Part shown: positions 17,740-25,587 of the stretch, piece after piece
Layout: every line of letters starts with the position of its first letter
Numbering within the stretch: position 1 is the stretch's first letter
From: a virus
Lineage: Duplodnaviria; Caudoviricetes
Virus record (IMG/VR): IMGVR_UViG_3300037465_000254
Location: 1-35,737 of that record
Strand: one strand, 5' to 3'
Length of the DNA: 35,737 nucleotides
Made by a program: the position numbers and the translations under genes
Notes under the pieces: generated by a model
What the model was told of the DNA's origin: nothing
Database searches by the model: none
The model's input: the letters and a program-made list of their open reading frames with translations, nothing else

Positions 17740-19301
17740 GCGGTCTGTCGCTCCTCTTCCTGCTCTTCCTGCTCCTGGCCGGGTTCGTTGCCTCGCTGCT
17801 CCCTACTGCCGGCGCCGCCGGAGGCCTTCTGCACCTTCCGCGGATCGCTGTCGAAAATGAGCCCGAGCTTGTCAGCCCTGGCGTTGTCCTCCGCGATTTC
17901 TTCGTCGAGGTCCTCCGGGTCTGCGCCCATCTCGGTGACGACCTGCGTGCGAGACTTGAAGCCACTACGGACAAGGCCCTGGTTCGCCTTCTGCTCGTCG
18001 ACCGGCTGCACCCATTCGAAGCCCTGGCCGATCCACTTCGTTCGGAGAATGACATCGCGGAACTCCGAGGAGCTCATCGAGGGAAGTGCGCCGCTCAGGA
18101 TCGCCTGGCGCAGCCATTCCGTGAGCACCGGCCGGTTGAACTTGTGGTTCACGATCTGCCGCTGCACCTGCAGGCACTTGCGACGGAACATGATCACGCC
18201 GGCCCGGATGCTGCTGAAATTCACGCGGCTGAGGTCACCGGTGAGCGCCTCGAAGGGGATCCCGAGCGACATCGCGATCGCGCGGAGCTGCATGTTGATG
18301 AATGGCTCGTAGCTGTCGCCGACATCTGCGGGCTCCGCCATCTGCAGGTTGCCGGGGTCCTCCATGACGTGCAGCTGCCCGGACTCGAGCCGTATCTCGC
18401 GGTCGGCGCCCTCGTCGTCCTCGTCCTCCTCGTCGTCGCGCTCGTTGACCAGCGGCGTCCCGTTCTCGTCGACGCCGGGGAAGATGAATCCAGTAAGTAG
18501 AGCCGCCGTCTTCTTCCGTATCAGCTCGGCGTCCTCGTACTGATCGAGGTCGAAGAGCTTGAGGAGCGCTGTCGCAAACCACGTCGCGCCGCGGACATCG
18601 CCGATCCGCCAAGGGCGGAAGACATGGATCACAGACTCCGCCGGGACCCGGACGGTCTCCACGCCATTGATGCCGGCGAGAGGATCGCCGGGATGCGCCC
18701 GCAGCATGTGATAGGCGACACGCTTCCCGATCGCATTGAACTCGACGCCGGCGATCACGCGGTTGTTGTTGAGGCCTCCGTAGTCGCGATCAAGCGGGAC
18801 CTGATCGGCCTCGACGAGTTGTAGCTGGAGGGGCACGACGAGGCCGTCGGCGGCGCGGCGTGGCCGCGGCCGGACGAAGATTTCGCCATCGCCAACGACG
18901 CATCGGAGAGTCGCCGCCTGCAGGCCGTAAAAGTCCAGAACCTCGTCCGCGTCGGCCTGGACAGTCCAGGCGTCCCACAATTCCTGCATCCTCTCCCGCA
19001 GGCCGGTGTCCTTGACCTTGAAGCGCGGGCGCACGCCGGTGCCGATGCACTCTGATTCCCAGGACCACACACCGGACCGTGCCCAGGCGTTGTTGCGGAT
19101 TAGATGGCGCGCCCGATCTCGAATCAGCTTGCCGTCGCCGATGATTGCGTGGGTGCCGCTGATCCCCGTCGGGAACCAGGTGCGCCCGCGACGACCGCGG
19201 GTCGCGCCCTCGTAGGCAGAGGTGAAGTCGCCGGCGCGGAGCAGTGCGCCTGCAGCGGAGCGGAGCGCGGCGGCGATCCCGTTGCGTATCCCGTCGAACA
19301 T
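17736..19301 (-). CDS. Portal protein, lambda family
   Basis: 'RARHLIRNN', 'FYGLQ', 'GVEFNAIGKRVAY', 'LTGDLSRVNFSSIRAG'. Confidence 0.95.
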   Translation of the reverse strand: MFDGIRNGIAAALRSAAGALLRAGDFTSAYEGATRGRRGRTWFPTGISGTHAIIGDGKLIRDRARHLIRNNAWARSGVWSWESECIGTGVRPRFKVKDTGLRERMQELWDAWTVQADADEVLDFYGLQAATLRCVVGDGEIFVRPRPRRAADGLVVPLQLQLVEADQVPLDRDYGGLNNNRVIAGVEFNAIGKRVAYHMLRAHPGDPLAGINGVETVRVPAESVIHVFRPWRIGDVRGATWFATALLKLFDLDQYEDAELIRKKTAALLTGFIFPGVDENGTPLVNERDDEEDEDDEGADREIRLESGQLHVMEDPGNLQMAEPADVGDSYEPFINMQLRAIAMSLGIPFEALTGDLSRVNFSSIRAGVIMFRRKCLQVQRQIVNHKFNRPVLTEWLRQAILSGALPSMSSSEFRDVILRTKWIGQGFEWVQPVDEQKANQGLVRSGFKSRTQVVTEMGADPEDLDEEIAEDNARADKLGLIFDSDPRKVQKASGGAGSREQRGNEPGQEQEEQEEERQTA

Positions 19302-19516
19302 CAGAGTCCCTTCCCGCCGCTGATCAACACCGTGCGGATCGGCGTCTTCCCCTCCGCGCTTTCGAGCTCGCGATCCAGGGCAGCGAGCGCTTGATCGATT
19401 TCCGCCTGCGAGCGGTATTCGATCGTCCGACCATCCACGGTGACACGGGCGATCCCGGAGTGCCGTCTCTTCAGGAGTTCTTCCCGCGCCGCCTGCAGTT
19501 CGCTAAGGGTTGCCAC
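19301..19516 (-). CDS. Head-tail adaptor (gpW-like)
   Basis: 'SGIARVTVDGRTIEYRSQAEI...KGL'; TGATG overlap with the portal gene. Confidence 0.9.
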   Translation of the reverse strand: MATLSELQAAREELLKRRHSGIARVTVDGRTIEYRSQAEIDQALAALDRELESAEGKTPIRTVLISGGKGL

Positions 19517-19711
19517 GTCACGCCGCTAAGTTAAGCGGCCATAAAGCCGCCCCTACAGATACGCACGCGGTCGCCCCTGCCGCAACACCGCCCCTGCAAG
19601 CCGGGCCAGGTTCTACGCCGCTACGGGCGGCCTCATGGCCCGTCTTCTGCCTGTCGCGCCCCCGCCCCACTGCCCTACGGCGCCGCCTGCTGCGCCGCAC
19701 AAGTTCCTTGC

Positions 19712-19749
19712 AAAAAAGCGTTGCACTAGCTCAGGAAATGAGCTACTAT
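19712..19749 (+). promoter_or_regulatory. Sigma70 promoter with a palindromic operator, driving the ArdC cassette
   Basis: A-tract at 19712-19717, TTGCAC (19721-19726), 17 nt, TACTAT (19744-19749). Perfect inverted repeat TAGCTCA-ggaaa-TGAGCTA at 19727-19745. Confidence 0.8.
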
Positions 19750-19816
19750 TGTTCCCAGAACCTCGGCGTATCGCCGAGGGAAAAACAGACCGCAGCGAAT
19801 CGCTGAGGAGGCAACA

Positions 19817-20716
19817 ATGAAGCGCGATGTCTACCAGGATGTTACCGATCGGATCGTCAAGTCCCTCGAGAACGGAGTCGCCCCCTGGGTCAAGCCCTGG
19901 AAGAGCGACGGCCGCAGCGCCGGCGTTCACCGGAACGCCCTGACCCGCCGTCCCTACCACGGGATCAACGTCTGCCTGTTGACGCTCGAGCAGATGTGCA
20001 AGGGCTACGAATCGGGCGAGTGGGTCACCTATCGACAAGCGAAGGAACTCGGCGGACACGTTCGCAAGGGCGAGAAGGCGACCCCGATCGTGCTCTGGAA
20101 GAAGTACGAGAAAAACGCGACGGACGAACAGGGCCGACCGCTCTTCAATGAGGACGGCGAGCGCGTAAAGAAGACGCTCCTCTTCGCGCGCATGTTCTCG
20201 GTATTCAACGTCGAGCAGTGCGACGGCTTGACAGCGGAACAGCCGACCGAGCGGCCGAAGGGGTTCGTCGGGTACGAGGGGATCGACGCGGCGATCGCCA
20301 ACATCGGCGCCACAATCGACCACGGCGGGGACCGTGCGTACTACTCTCCATCGGCGGACCGCATCCGCCTGCCGCGACCGGCGCAGTTCGCCGACGCCGC
20401 CAGCTATTACGCGACCGCGGCGCACGAGCTCACGCATTGGACCGGGCACGCGTCCCGGCTCGCGCGTGATCTGTCCGGTCGATTCGGTGACGAGTCCTAT
20501 GCGGCGGAGGAACTGATCGCGGAAATGGGCGCCGCCTTCACGTGCGCCACGCTCGGGATCGCGGGGCACCTCCAGCACGCCGAGTATATCGGCAGCTGGA
20601 TCAAGGTTCTGAAGAACGACAAGCGCGCGATATTCACGGCCGCGAGCAAGGCACAGGAAGCTGCGGACTTCCTCCTGGCTAGAGCGCTGCGCGAGGAGGT
20701 TCGGGAAGCCGCCTGA
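19817..20716 (+). CDS. ardC: ArdC-family antirestriction protein (ssDNA-binding domain plus zincin-like domain)
   Basis: 'YQDVTDRIV..LENGVAPWVKPW', 'PYHGIN', 'WVTYRQA..LGG.VRKGEK', 'HELTHWTGH..RL.R', 'YAAEELIAEMGAAF'; GAGGAGG RBS. Confidence 0.92.
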   Translation: MKRDVYQDVTDRIVKSLENGVAPWVKPWKSDGRSAGVHRNALTRRPYHGINVCLLTLEQMCKGYESGEWVTYRQAKELGGHVRKGEKATPIVLWKKYEKNATDEQGRPLFNEDGERVKKTLLFARMFSVFNVEQCDGLTAEQPTERPKGFVGYEGIDAAIANIGATIDHGGDRAYYSPSADRIRLPRPAQFADAASYYATAAHELTHWTGHASRLARDLSGRFGDESYAAEELIAEMGAAFTCATLGIAGHLQHAEYIGSWIKVLKNDKRAIFTAASKAQEAADFLLARALREEVREAA

Positions 20717-20764
20717 ATCCCCACCACAGACCGCCCCTGCGGGGGCGGTCGATGGTGGGGATTC
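20715..20764. repeat. Intergenic hairpin, copy 1
   Basis: GAATCCCCACCA/TGGTGGGGATTC outer stem, GACCGCCCC/GGGGCGGTC inner stem, TGCG loop. Confidence 0.9.
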
Positions 20765-20791
20765 CACCGAGCAACCACGAGGAGATTCAAT

Positions 20792-21259
20792 ATGAACGCA
20801 GCCATCAATGCAGAGACGCCGCCCCAGGAATACTCCGCGCTGCAGGTCGCGCATGCCATCGGCGTCCTGGCCCCTTTTATCGGTAGTTCACAACTCGCAG
20901 CAGTGCGCGTGTTCCTCCGGGGCGAAGAGCGGGGTTTCTTCGCCGGCAAACTGATCGAGCTCGCGGAGACGATCGCGAAGATGCCGAAGACGTACGATCA
21001 GGACGGAAAAGGCGATCAGGCTGTCGCCTACCTCCATTACTTCTACCGCGGGGCGGACTGGTACATCATGGAGAAGGACTCCGACCCGGACGGCGAAGGA
21101 CAACTACAGGCGTTCGGGCTCGCCGATCTCGGCCTCGGATTTCCCGAACTCGGGTACATTTCGATCCCGGAAGTCCTGAGCGTCGGCGCGAAGATTGATT
21201 TCCATTTCACGCCGAAGACGATCGGCGAGGTCAGGCGAGAAAAGTACGGCGCCGCCTGA
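20792..21259 (+). CDS. DUF2958-like protein
   Basis: 'MPKTYDQDGKG', 'LHYF..GADWYIMEKD', 'QAFGLADLG...ELGYISI.E'; GAGGAG RBS. Confidence 0.75.
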   Translation: MNAAINAETPPQEYSALQVAHAIGVLAPFIGSSQLAAVRVFLRGEERGFFAGKLIELAETIAKMPKTYDQDGKGDQAVAYLHYFYRGADWYIMEKDSDPDGEGQLQAFGLADLGLGFPELGYISIPEVLSVGAKIDFHFTPKTIGEVRREKYGAA

Positions 21260-21304
21260 GTCTCCAGCTACGCCGGCCTGCGGGCCGGCGATTGGTGGAG
21301 ATTC
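21258..21304. repeat. Intergenic hairpin, copy 2
   Basis: GAGTCTCCA/TGGAGATTC outer stem, CGCCGGCC/GGCCGGCG inner stem, TGCG loop. Confidence 0.85.
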
Positions 21305-21347
21305 CTTCACCCGGTTCCTCAGCCGGTCGCTGAGGTGGAGAGCAAAT

Positions 21348-21626
21348 ATGAAGCGTATCCCGGATGTTGTGATGTCGGACAAGAAGGGGATCGAGGAGTG
21401 GCGCGGCTCCCTCCACGAGTTCTTGAAGACCAATGCCGGCGAGGACCACGGCGGCCAGGGGCGCGAGACCGTCCGCGATTTCGTCCAGGCAATGCGTGCG
21501 TCCTTCGCGTCCTTCTCGGGCGAGACAATCGCCGATGGCGCCGAGTATTATCCCGAACGTCCCGGCGTGGTCTCCTGCGGTGGCGGTGCTGCGCCGGTTT
21601 TCCTGCTGTCCCTGGTGGAGCGCTAA
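21348..21626 (+). CDS. Hypothetical protein (92 aa)
   Basis: GGAG RBS before ATG 21348. Confidence 0.7.
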   Translation: MKRIPDVVMSDKKGIEEWRGSLHEFLKTNAGEDHGGQGRETVRDFVQAMRASFASFSGETIADGAEYYPERPGVVSCGGGAAPVFLLSLVER

Positions 21627-21627
21627 C

Positions 21628-21942
21628 GTGGACAAGTCCCACTCGATGTTCCAGCTGCGCCCGCCCCGCGCGGGCGAGACCGGGCATCGGCTAATCTACC
21701 GATATCCCTTCAGGTCGCCGGAGGTCTGCCGGGCCGTGCCGGTGATCCCTGACCCCGTGCCGAACACGGTTCAAATCGGCCTATTCACGCGCGACGGATT
21801 CCGCCCGTCGCGTCGCTGGCTGCCGCTGCTACGCATCCCGTCCGTCCGGGACCGGATCTGCGAAGACATGGAAACGCTCTACGGTCCGGGTGGGCCGTAC
21901 GCTTCCGACACCGTGCAGCGCGAGGAGTCTTCCGATGGCTGA
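21628..21942 (+). CDS. Hypothetical protein
   Basis: GTG start 1 nt after the previous stop, with a GGAG RBS. Confidence 0.55.
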   Translation: MDKSHSMFQLRPPRAGETGHRLIYRYPFRSPEVCRAVPVIPDPVPNTVQIGLFTRDGFRPSRRWLPLLRIPSVRDRICEDMETLYGPGGPYASDTVQREESSDG

Positions 21943-22198
21943 CATCTACCGTAACGTCCCGTTGGCATCCACGCTACGGTTGATCCGACGCATCGATCGC
22001 AAGGCAGCAACGATGGCGGAGCTTACCGACGAGCTCGATGTTTCCGCGGCAACGGTGAAGCGCACCATCCGCGCCGCCCGCGAGCTCCTCGGCGTCTGCA
22101 TCGAATGGGATGGGGCGCCCGGCGTCGCTGGCGGGAAGTACGTGATCCGAAACTGGGGCGCTTTGGACCGCGGCCGCCTTCGCCGCCTCAGTCCATAA
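21935..22198 (+). CDS. Small winged helix-turn-helix regulator
   Basis: 'TMAELTDELDVSAATVKRTI' HTH and 'GKYVIRNWGALD' wing (resembles HTH_43); GAGGAG RBS. Confidence 0.75.
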   Translation: MADIYRNVPLASTLRLIRRIDRKAATMAELTDELDVSAATVKRTIRAARELLGVCIEWDGAPGVAGGKYVIRNWGALDRGRLRRLSP

Positions 22199-24218
22199 TC
22201 CGAGCCCGGCCTCCACGGAGGCGCCTTCGCTTTCGCAACGGTACCGCCGGCCCTGCGGCCTTCTCTTCCTGCGAGCGGCCCTCCCCTGCTGGCGTCGCCG
22301 CGGCCGCTTGAAGCCCCTCACGCACAGTCTCGATCGCGACGTGCCGCTGCTTTGCCAGCTGCTCCCATTGCCGCGGCGTCAGGCGGTCCATTCCCAGGTG
22401 CACGGCGAGCGCGAGGGCGCCGACGACGATATCGAGCTGCTCATTCGGCTGCCCTGTCTTCTTGCGCCAGACGCGCATGGTGCAGCCGCGGGTCTCGACA
22501 TCTTCGACGTATTCCGCGGTGATCTGTTTGAAGAACTCGCGATCGCAGATGTGCGGGAAATGCAGTGCGCCGACTTTCCAGCGGCCGTCATCGTTCGGCC
22601 CTTCTATGGTCTTCCGCAGCATTTCGTAGACCCATGCCTTCAGCATCCAGGTCCCGACCGGCCAGAGCTGGCATCCTTTCCTGATCTTCTTCCCCTTCCA
22701 GTTGATATCGACTGGGCGCGGCGTCCCCATCGCCGGGTGCGTGTGTCCTGCGCGTCCGTCCATTGCGAAGACGCGGGGTTGTCGTCCACGGCAGAAGAGG
22801 TAGACGCGATGCGACTCGTATCCGGCGTCCACCCCGAAGGCGTCCACGTTCCAGATGTTGCCGGCCTCGTCCTCGAGCGGTCGCTCGATGATAGCCTCGA
22901 GCTGATCCCACACCCCGTCGCTGCCGGGATCGCCCTCGATAACGCCCTTCTCGATGAGCCAGCCGGATAACTTCACGCCCCAGCCGTAAAGCGCCCACTC
23001 GATCCGGTTCTTCTGGACGTCGGCCATGCCCGTGATCGCGAGTACCCCGCGCGGGACGATAGCGGCGGGGAAAGCCTCCCGGCGCAGGTAGAGCTTCTCG
23101 TCATCGGGCGCGTCGCCGCTCTCCTTCCATGCAACCCCGAGGACCTGCTGATAGAAAACCTTCTCCTTGAACGGGTTCCCCTCCGCGTCCTTCCATTCAG
23201 TTACGCAGTCATCCCATGCCACGAATGGCGAATAGAGCTGATTGATATAGAAACCCGGCTCGCGCCCTGGCGCCTGCCGCCTGCGGAGCTTCTCGATTCC
23301 TTCTGCCGGAATGATGTGCGCGGCGTCCTCGAAGCAGCTTTTGATCCAGACACCGCCCGCGACCATCGCGTGCTTCTGTGCATGCTCTATGGCAGAGCCG
23401 CAGGACTGACATCCATAATACGCCCGCCAGGGGTGCTGCTCGTTGCGCCACTTCAGCTGCTCCCATTCGAGCGTGATGTAATCGCCGCAGTGCGGGCAGG
23501 GAACATAGAACTGGCGCATGTCTGAGGCCTCGTACTTTTTCGTGATGCGGCACTCGCCCTCGACGCCGGGCGTGGAAATGTAAACGCGCTTGTAGCCGAC
23601 GCTGGTCCATGCGGTCGTGCGCTTCTCGGCGAGCGTCACCGGATCGCCGCGCGTACCGACCTCAGCCGGATACTCGGAGACTTCTTCGAGGATGAGCACG
23701 CGGATGGAAACCATCTGCAGGCCGGCGGATGAGTTCGCGCCGGTCAATACCAGGTGCCCGCCGGGGAATCGTTTGAAGGCCGCCGTGGAGCCGGAGGCGT
23801 CCCGACTCTTCTGTTCCTTCACCCTGCCCTGCAGCACGGGTGTCGCGTCGATCGTCGGCTGCAGCTTGATCCGGTTGTACTTCGCGGCCTCGTCCAGCGT
23901 CGGCAGAACGATCATCATCGGGCAGGGATCATGATGTACGACATAGCCGAACAGGTTCAGTCCGGCCTCTGTGCCAGCGATCTGCACGCTTTTCTTCACG
24001 GTGATCTCGGAACACGGATCCGCGAAGGACATGCAATCCATGATCTCAGTCAGGTAAGGCGTTCGCGTGTTCGACCACGGTCCAGGGTGTGGCGAGCCGG
24101 ATTCAGGAGAGACGACGCGGTGCTGCTGTGCCCACTCCGAGACGCGGAGTGGCGGAGGAGGCGTCAGCGCTCGGAGCCACGCCTCGACGACATCAGGAAG
24201 ACTGACGTACGGCTCTAC
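22188..24218 (-). CDS. terL: Terminase large subunit (gpA family); reading frame lacks a canonical start for its N-terminus
   Basis: Walker A-like 'KSVQIAGTE', Walker B-like 'VLILEE', 'ISTP', 'YVPCPHCG' and 'ADVQKNR'. gpA-like 'PPPPLRVSEWA...GPWSNTRTPYLTEIMD' lies upstream of the first ATG at 24041. Confidence 0.93.
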   Translation of the reverse strand, partial: VEPYVSLPDVVEAWLRALTPPPPLRVSEWAQQHRVVSPESGSPHPGPWSNTRTPYLTEIMDCMSFADPCSEITVKKSVQIAGTEAGLNLFGYVVHHDPCPMMIVLPTLDEAAKYNRIKLQPTIDATPVLQGRVKEQKSRDASGSTAAFKRFPGGHLVLTGANSSAGLQMVSIRVLILEEVSEYPAEVGTRGDPVTLAEKRTTAWTSVGYKRVYISTPGVEGECRITKKYEASDMRQFYVPCPHCGDYITLEWEQLKWRNEQHPWRAYYGCQSCGSAIEHAQKHAMVAGGVWIKSCFEDAAHIIPAEGIEKLRRRQAPGREPGFYINQLYSPFVAWDDCVTEWKDAEGNPFKEKVFYQQVLGVAWKESGDAPDDEKLYLRREAFPAAIVPRGVLAITGMADVQKNRIEWALYGWGVKLSGWLIEKGVIEGDPGSDGVWDQLEAIIERPLEDEAGNIWNVDAFGVDAGYESHRVYLFCRGRQPRVFAMDGRAGHTHPAMGTPRPVDINWKGKKIRKGCQLWPVGTWMLKAWVYEMLRKTIEGPNDDGRWKVGALHFPHICDREFFKQITAEYVEDVETRGCTMRVWRKKTGQPNEQLDIVVGALALAVHLGMDRLTPRQWEQLAKQRHVAIETVREGLQAAAATPAGEGRSQEEKAAGPAVPLRKRRRLRGGRARIMD

Positions 24219-24227
24219 TTTTTTTTT
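24188..24227 (-). promoter_or_regulatory. Putative -1 frameshift signal (A_AAA_AAG plus downstream stem-loop)
   Basis: CTA AAA AAA AAG TAG at the end of terS; stem ACGTCAG (24208-24202) / CTGATGT (24196-24190). Confidence 0.7.
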
Positions 24228-24691
24228 AGGAGCTCGTCGAACTCGGCGCCGGCGCGGCCGAACGCGGTCGCGATCCAGTCGTCGAGAAGCCGGCTGATCT
24301 CTCGCACGTCCTTTACGCCGGCCAGCCGGCGGGCGTAATCGCGGTTGTTCATGCGGAGTCGATGCAGGTGCCGGCGCAAGATGTCCTCGCCTACGGCGAT
24401 CGCCTTGCTCCGATCGATCAGATCGCCCTGGCGCTCGCGCAGCCGGAGTGCGGCGAGCTGCGCCTCAGCTACGGCGAGGGCGGTCTTCGCTTTGCCGTAG
24501 TTCTCAGGCATTCCGGCGGCCGCGCCGACCCGCGGCCGCACATTCTCAGCCCGGAACCGCTCCGCTTCCTCTGGATCGACGCCGTCCGGGTGCTTCAGGT
24601 CCTGCGGCAGCTGCCGCGAGAGCGTGGACGGATTTACGCCCAACTGCGCCGCAGCTTTCCGCAGGGATATTCGGCGTGCTCTCCGTGCCAT
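24215..24691 (-). CDS. terS: Terminase small subunit (Nu1-like)
   Basis: N-terminal HTH 'SLRKAAAQLGVNPSTLSR' and coiled coil 'AQLAALRLRERQGDLIDR'; directly upstream of terL. Confidence 0.85.
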   Translation of the reverse strand: MARRARRISLRKAAAQLGVNPSTLSRQLPQDLKHPDGVDPEEAERFRAENVRPRVGAAAGMPENYGKAKTALAVAEAQLAALRLRERQGDLIDRSKAIAVGEDILRRHLHRLRMNNRDYARRLAGVKDVREISRLLDDWIATAFGRAGAEFDELLKKK

Positions 24692-24730
24692 CGGCCGGGT
24701 TTTTCCTTCGATTCGAATAACTTAAAAGTG

Positions 24731-24760
24731 TAGAAAAATCAGTAAGTTGAATGCTAAAAT
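24731..24760 (+). promoter_or_regulatory. AT-rich divergent control region: IHF-like site and extended -10 for DUF5131
   Basis: AATCAGTAAGTTG (24737-24749) fits WATCARNNNNTTR; TGcTAAAAT at 24752-24760. Confidence 0.55.
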
Positions 24761-24789
24761 GCGGTCTCTCACGTGCGGAGGGGCCGACA

Positions 24790-25587
24790 ATGGACAAGAC
24801 ACTGATCGCCTGGACGGATCACACGCTGAACACGTGGATGGGGTGCATGAAAGTCTCCGACGGCTGTAAGCACTGCTATGCGGAGACGCTCGCTAAGAAT
24901 CGGATGGGGCTTCGCGTATGGGGGCCTGCGGCGACGACGCGGCGTCAACGCACGAAAGCGCCGTGGCAGAACGCTCGCAAGTGGAACAGAGAGGCGGCGC
25001 AGAGCCCTGGTCTGCTCGGCGCCGGTAAGCCGCACGTTGTCTTCCTCGGCAGCATGATGGATTGGGCCGAGGACCACCCAGACGCCGAAGCGATCCGCCC
25101 CGACATGTGGCAACTGATTCGAGAGTGCCGCAACCTCGATTTCCAGATGTTGACCAAGCGGCCGGAGAGGATCCCCGACCTCCTGCCAGATGACTGGGGC
25201 GACGGCTGGCCGAACGTCTGGCTTGGAACATCGATCGAGGACATGCAAGTTGCCGCGCGCGCCGATGCTCTCCGTGAGGTGCCTGCGCGGATCCGGTTCA
25301 TCAGCTACGAGCCCGCCCTCGGCCCGCTGGACGATCTCGATCTCTCGGGCATCCACTGGGTGATCTACGGGGGAGAGAGCGGCCCAGGTCACAGACCGGA
25401 GGGCGAGCCCGGCGATCCGAAAGCATGGGCGCGCGCCATGAGTAATAAGTGCCGCATCGCGGGGCTCGCGTTCTTCCACAAGCAGTCCGCTGCGTCCAGG
25501 ACTGAAATGGGGATCGAGCTCGACGGCCGGATTATCCGGGAGTTCCCGCTCGCGCTCATTCGGTCTCTGCATCGCGCTGCTGCCTAG
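24790..25587 (+). CDS. DUF5131 (phage Gp37/Gp68) three-Cys, radical-SAM-like protein
   Basis: 'IAWTDHT.N.WMGCMKVSDGCKHCYA', 'QMLTKRPER', 'PNVWLGTSIE', 'WVIYGGESGP', 'FFHKQ'; GGAGG RBS before 24790. Confidence 0.92.
   Translation: MDKTLIAWTDHTLNTWMGCMKVSDGCKHCYAETLAKNRMGLRVWGPAATTRRQRTKAPWQNARKWNREAAQSPGLLGAGKPHVVFLGSMMDWAEDHPDAEAIRPDMWQLIRECRNLDFQMLTKRPERIPDLLPDDWGDGWPNVWLGTSIEDMQVAARADALREVPARIRFISYEPALGPLDDLDLSGIHWVIYGGESGPGHRPEGEPGDPKAWARAMSNKCRIAGLAFFHKQSAASRTEMGIELDGRIIREFPLALIRSLHRAAA

Noticed and set aside
19712-19718. AAAAAAG as a third frameshift site
   Set aside because: It is intergenic and better explained as an A-tract upstream of the -35 box; the similar run at 26813-26819 is also non-coding.
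10182-20854. Long ORFs opposite real genes (10182-11393, 14246-15508, 17101-18312, 19613-20854)
   Set aside because: They are antisense shadows expected in high-GC coding DNA, with no recognisable motifs.
20715-21304. The two hairpins as intrinsic terminators, CRISPR repeats or integron attC sites
   Set aside because: No U-tract on either strand, only two copies separated by a gene, and no RYYYAAC/GTTRRRY boxes.
23690-24000. TerL inactivation because of the variant Walker motifs (KSVQIAGTE, VLILEE)
   Set aside because: The rest of the ATPase and nuclease motifs are intact and gpA-family Walker motifs vary; this cannot be called without an alignment.
24039-24041. ORF-track start of TerL (MDCMS)
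   Set aside because: It falls inside the conserved 'PYLTEIMD' block and would drop the gpA-like N-terminus; no clear RBS precedes it.
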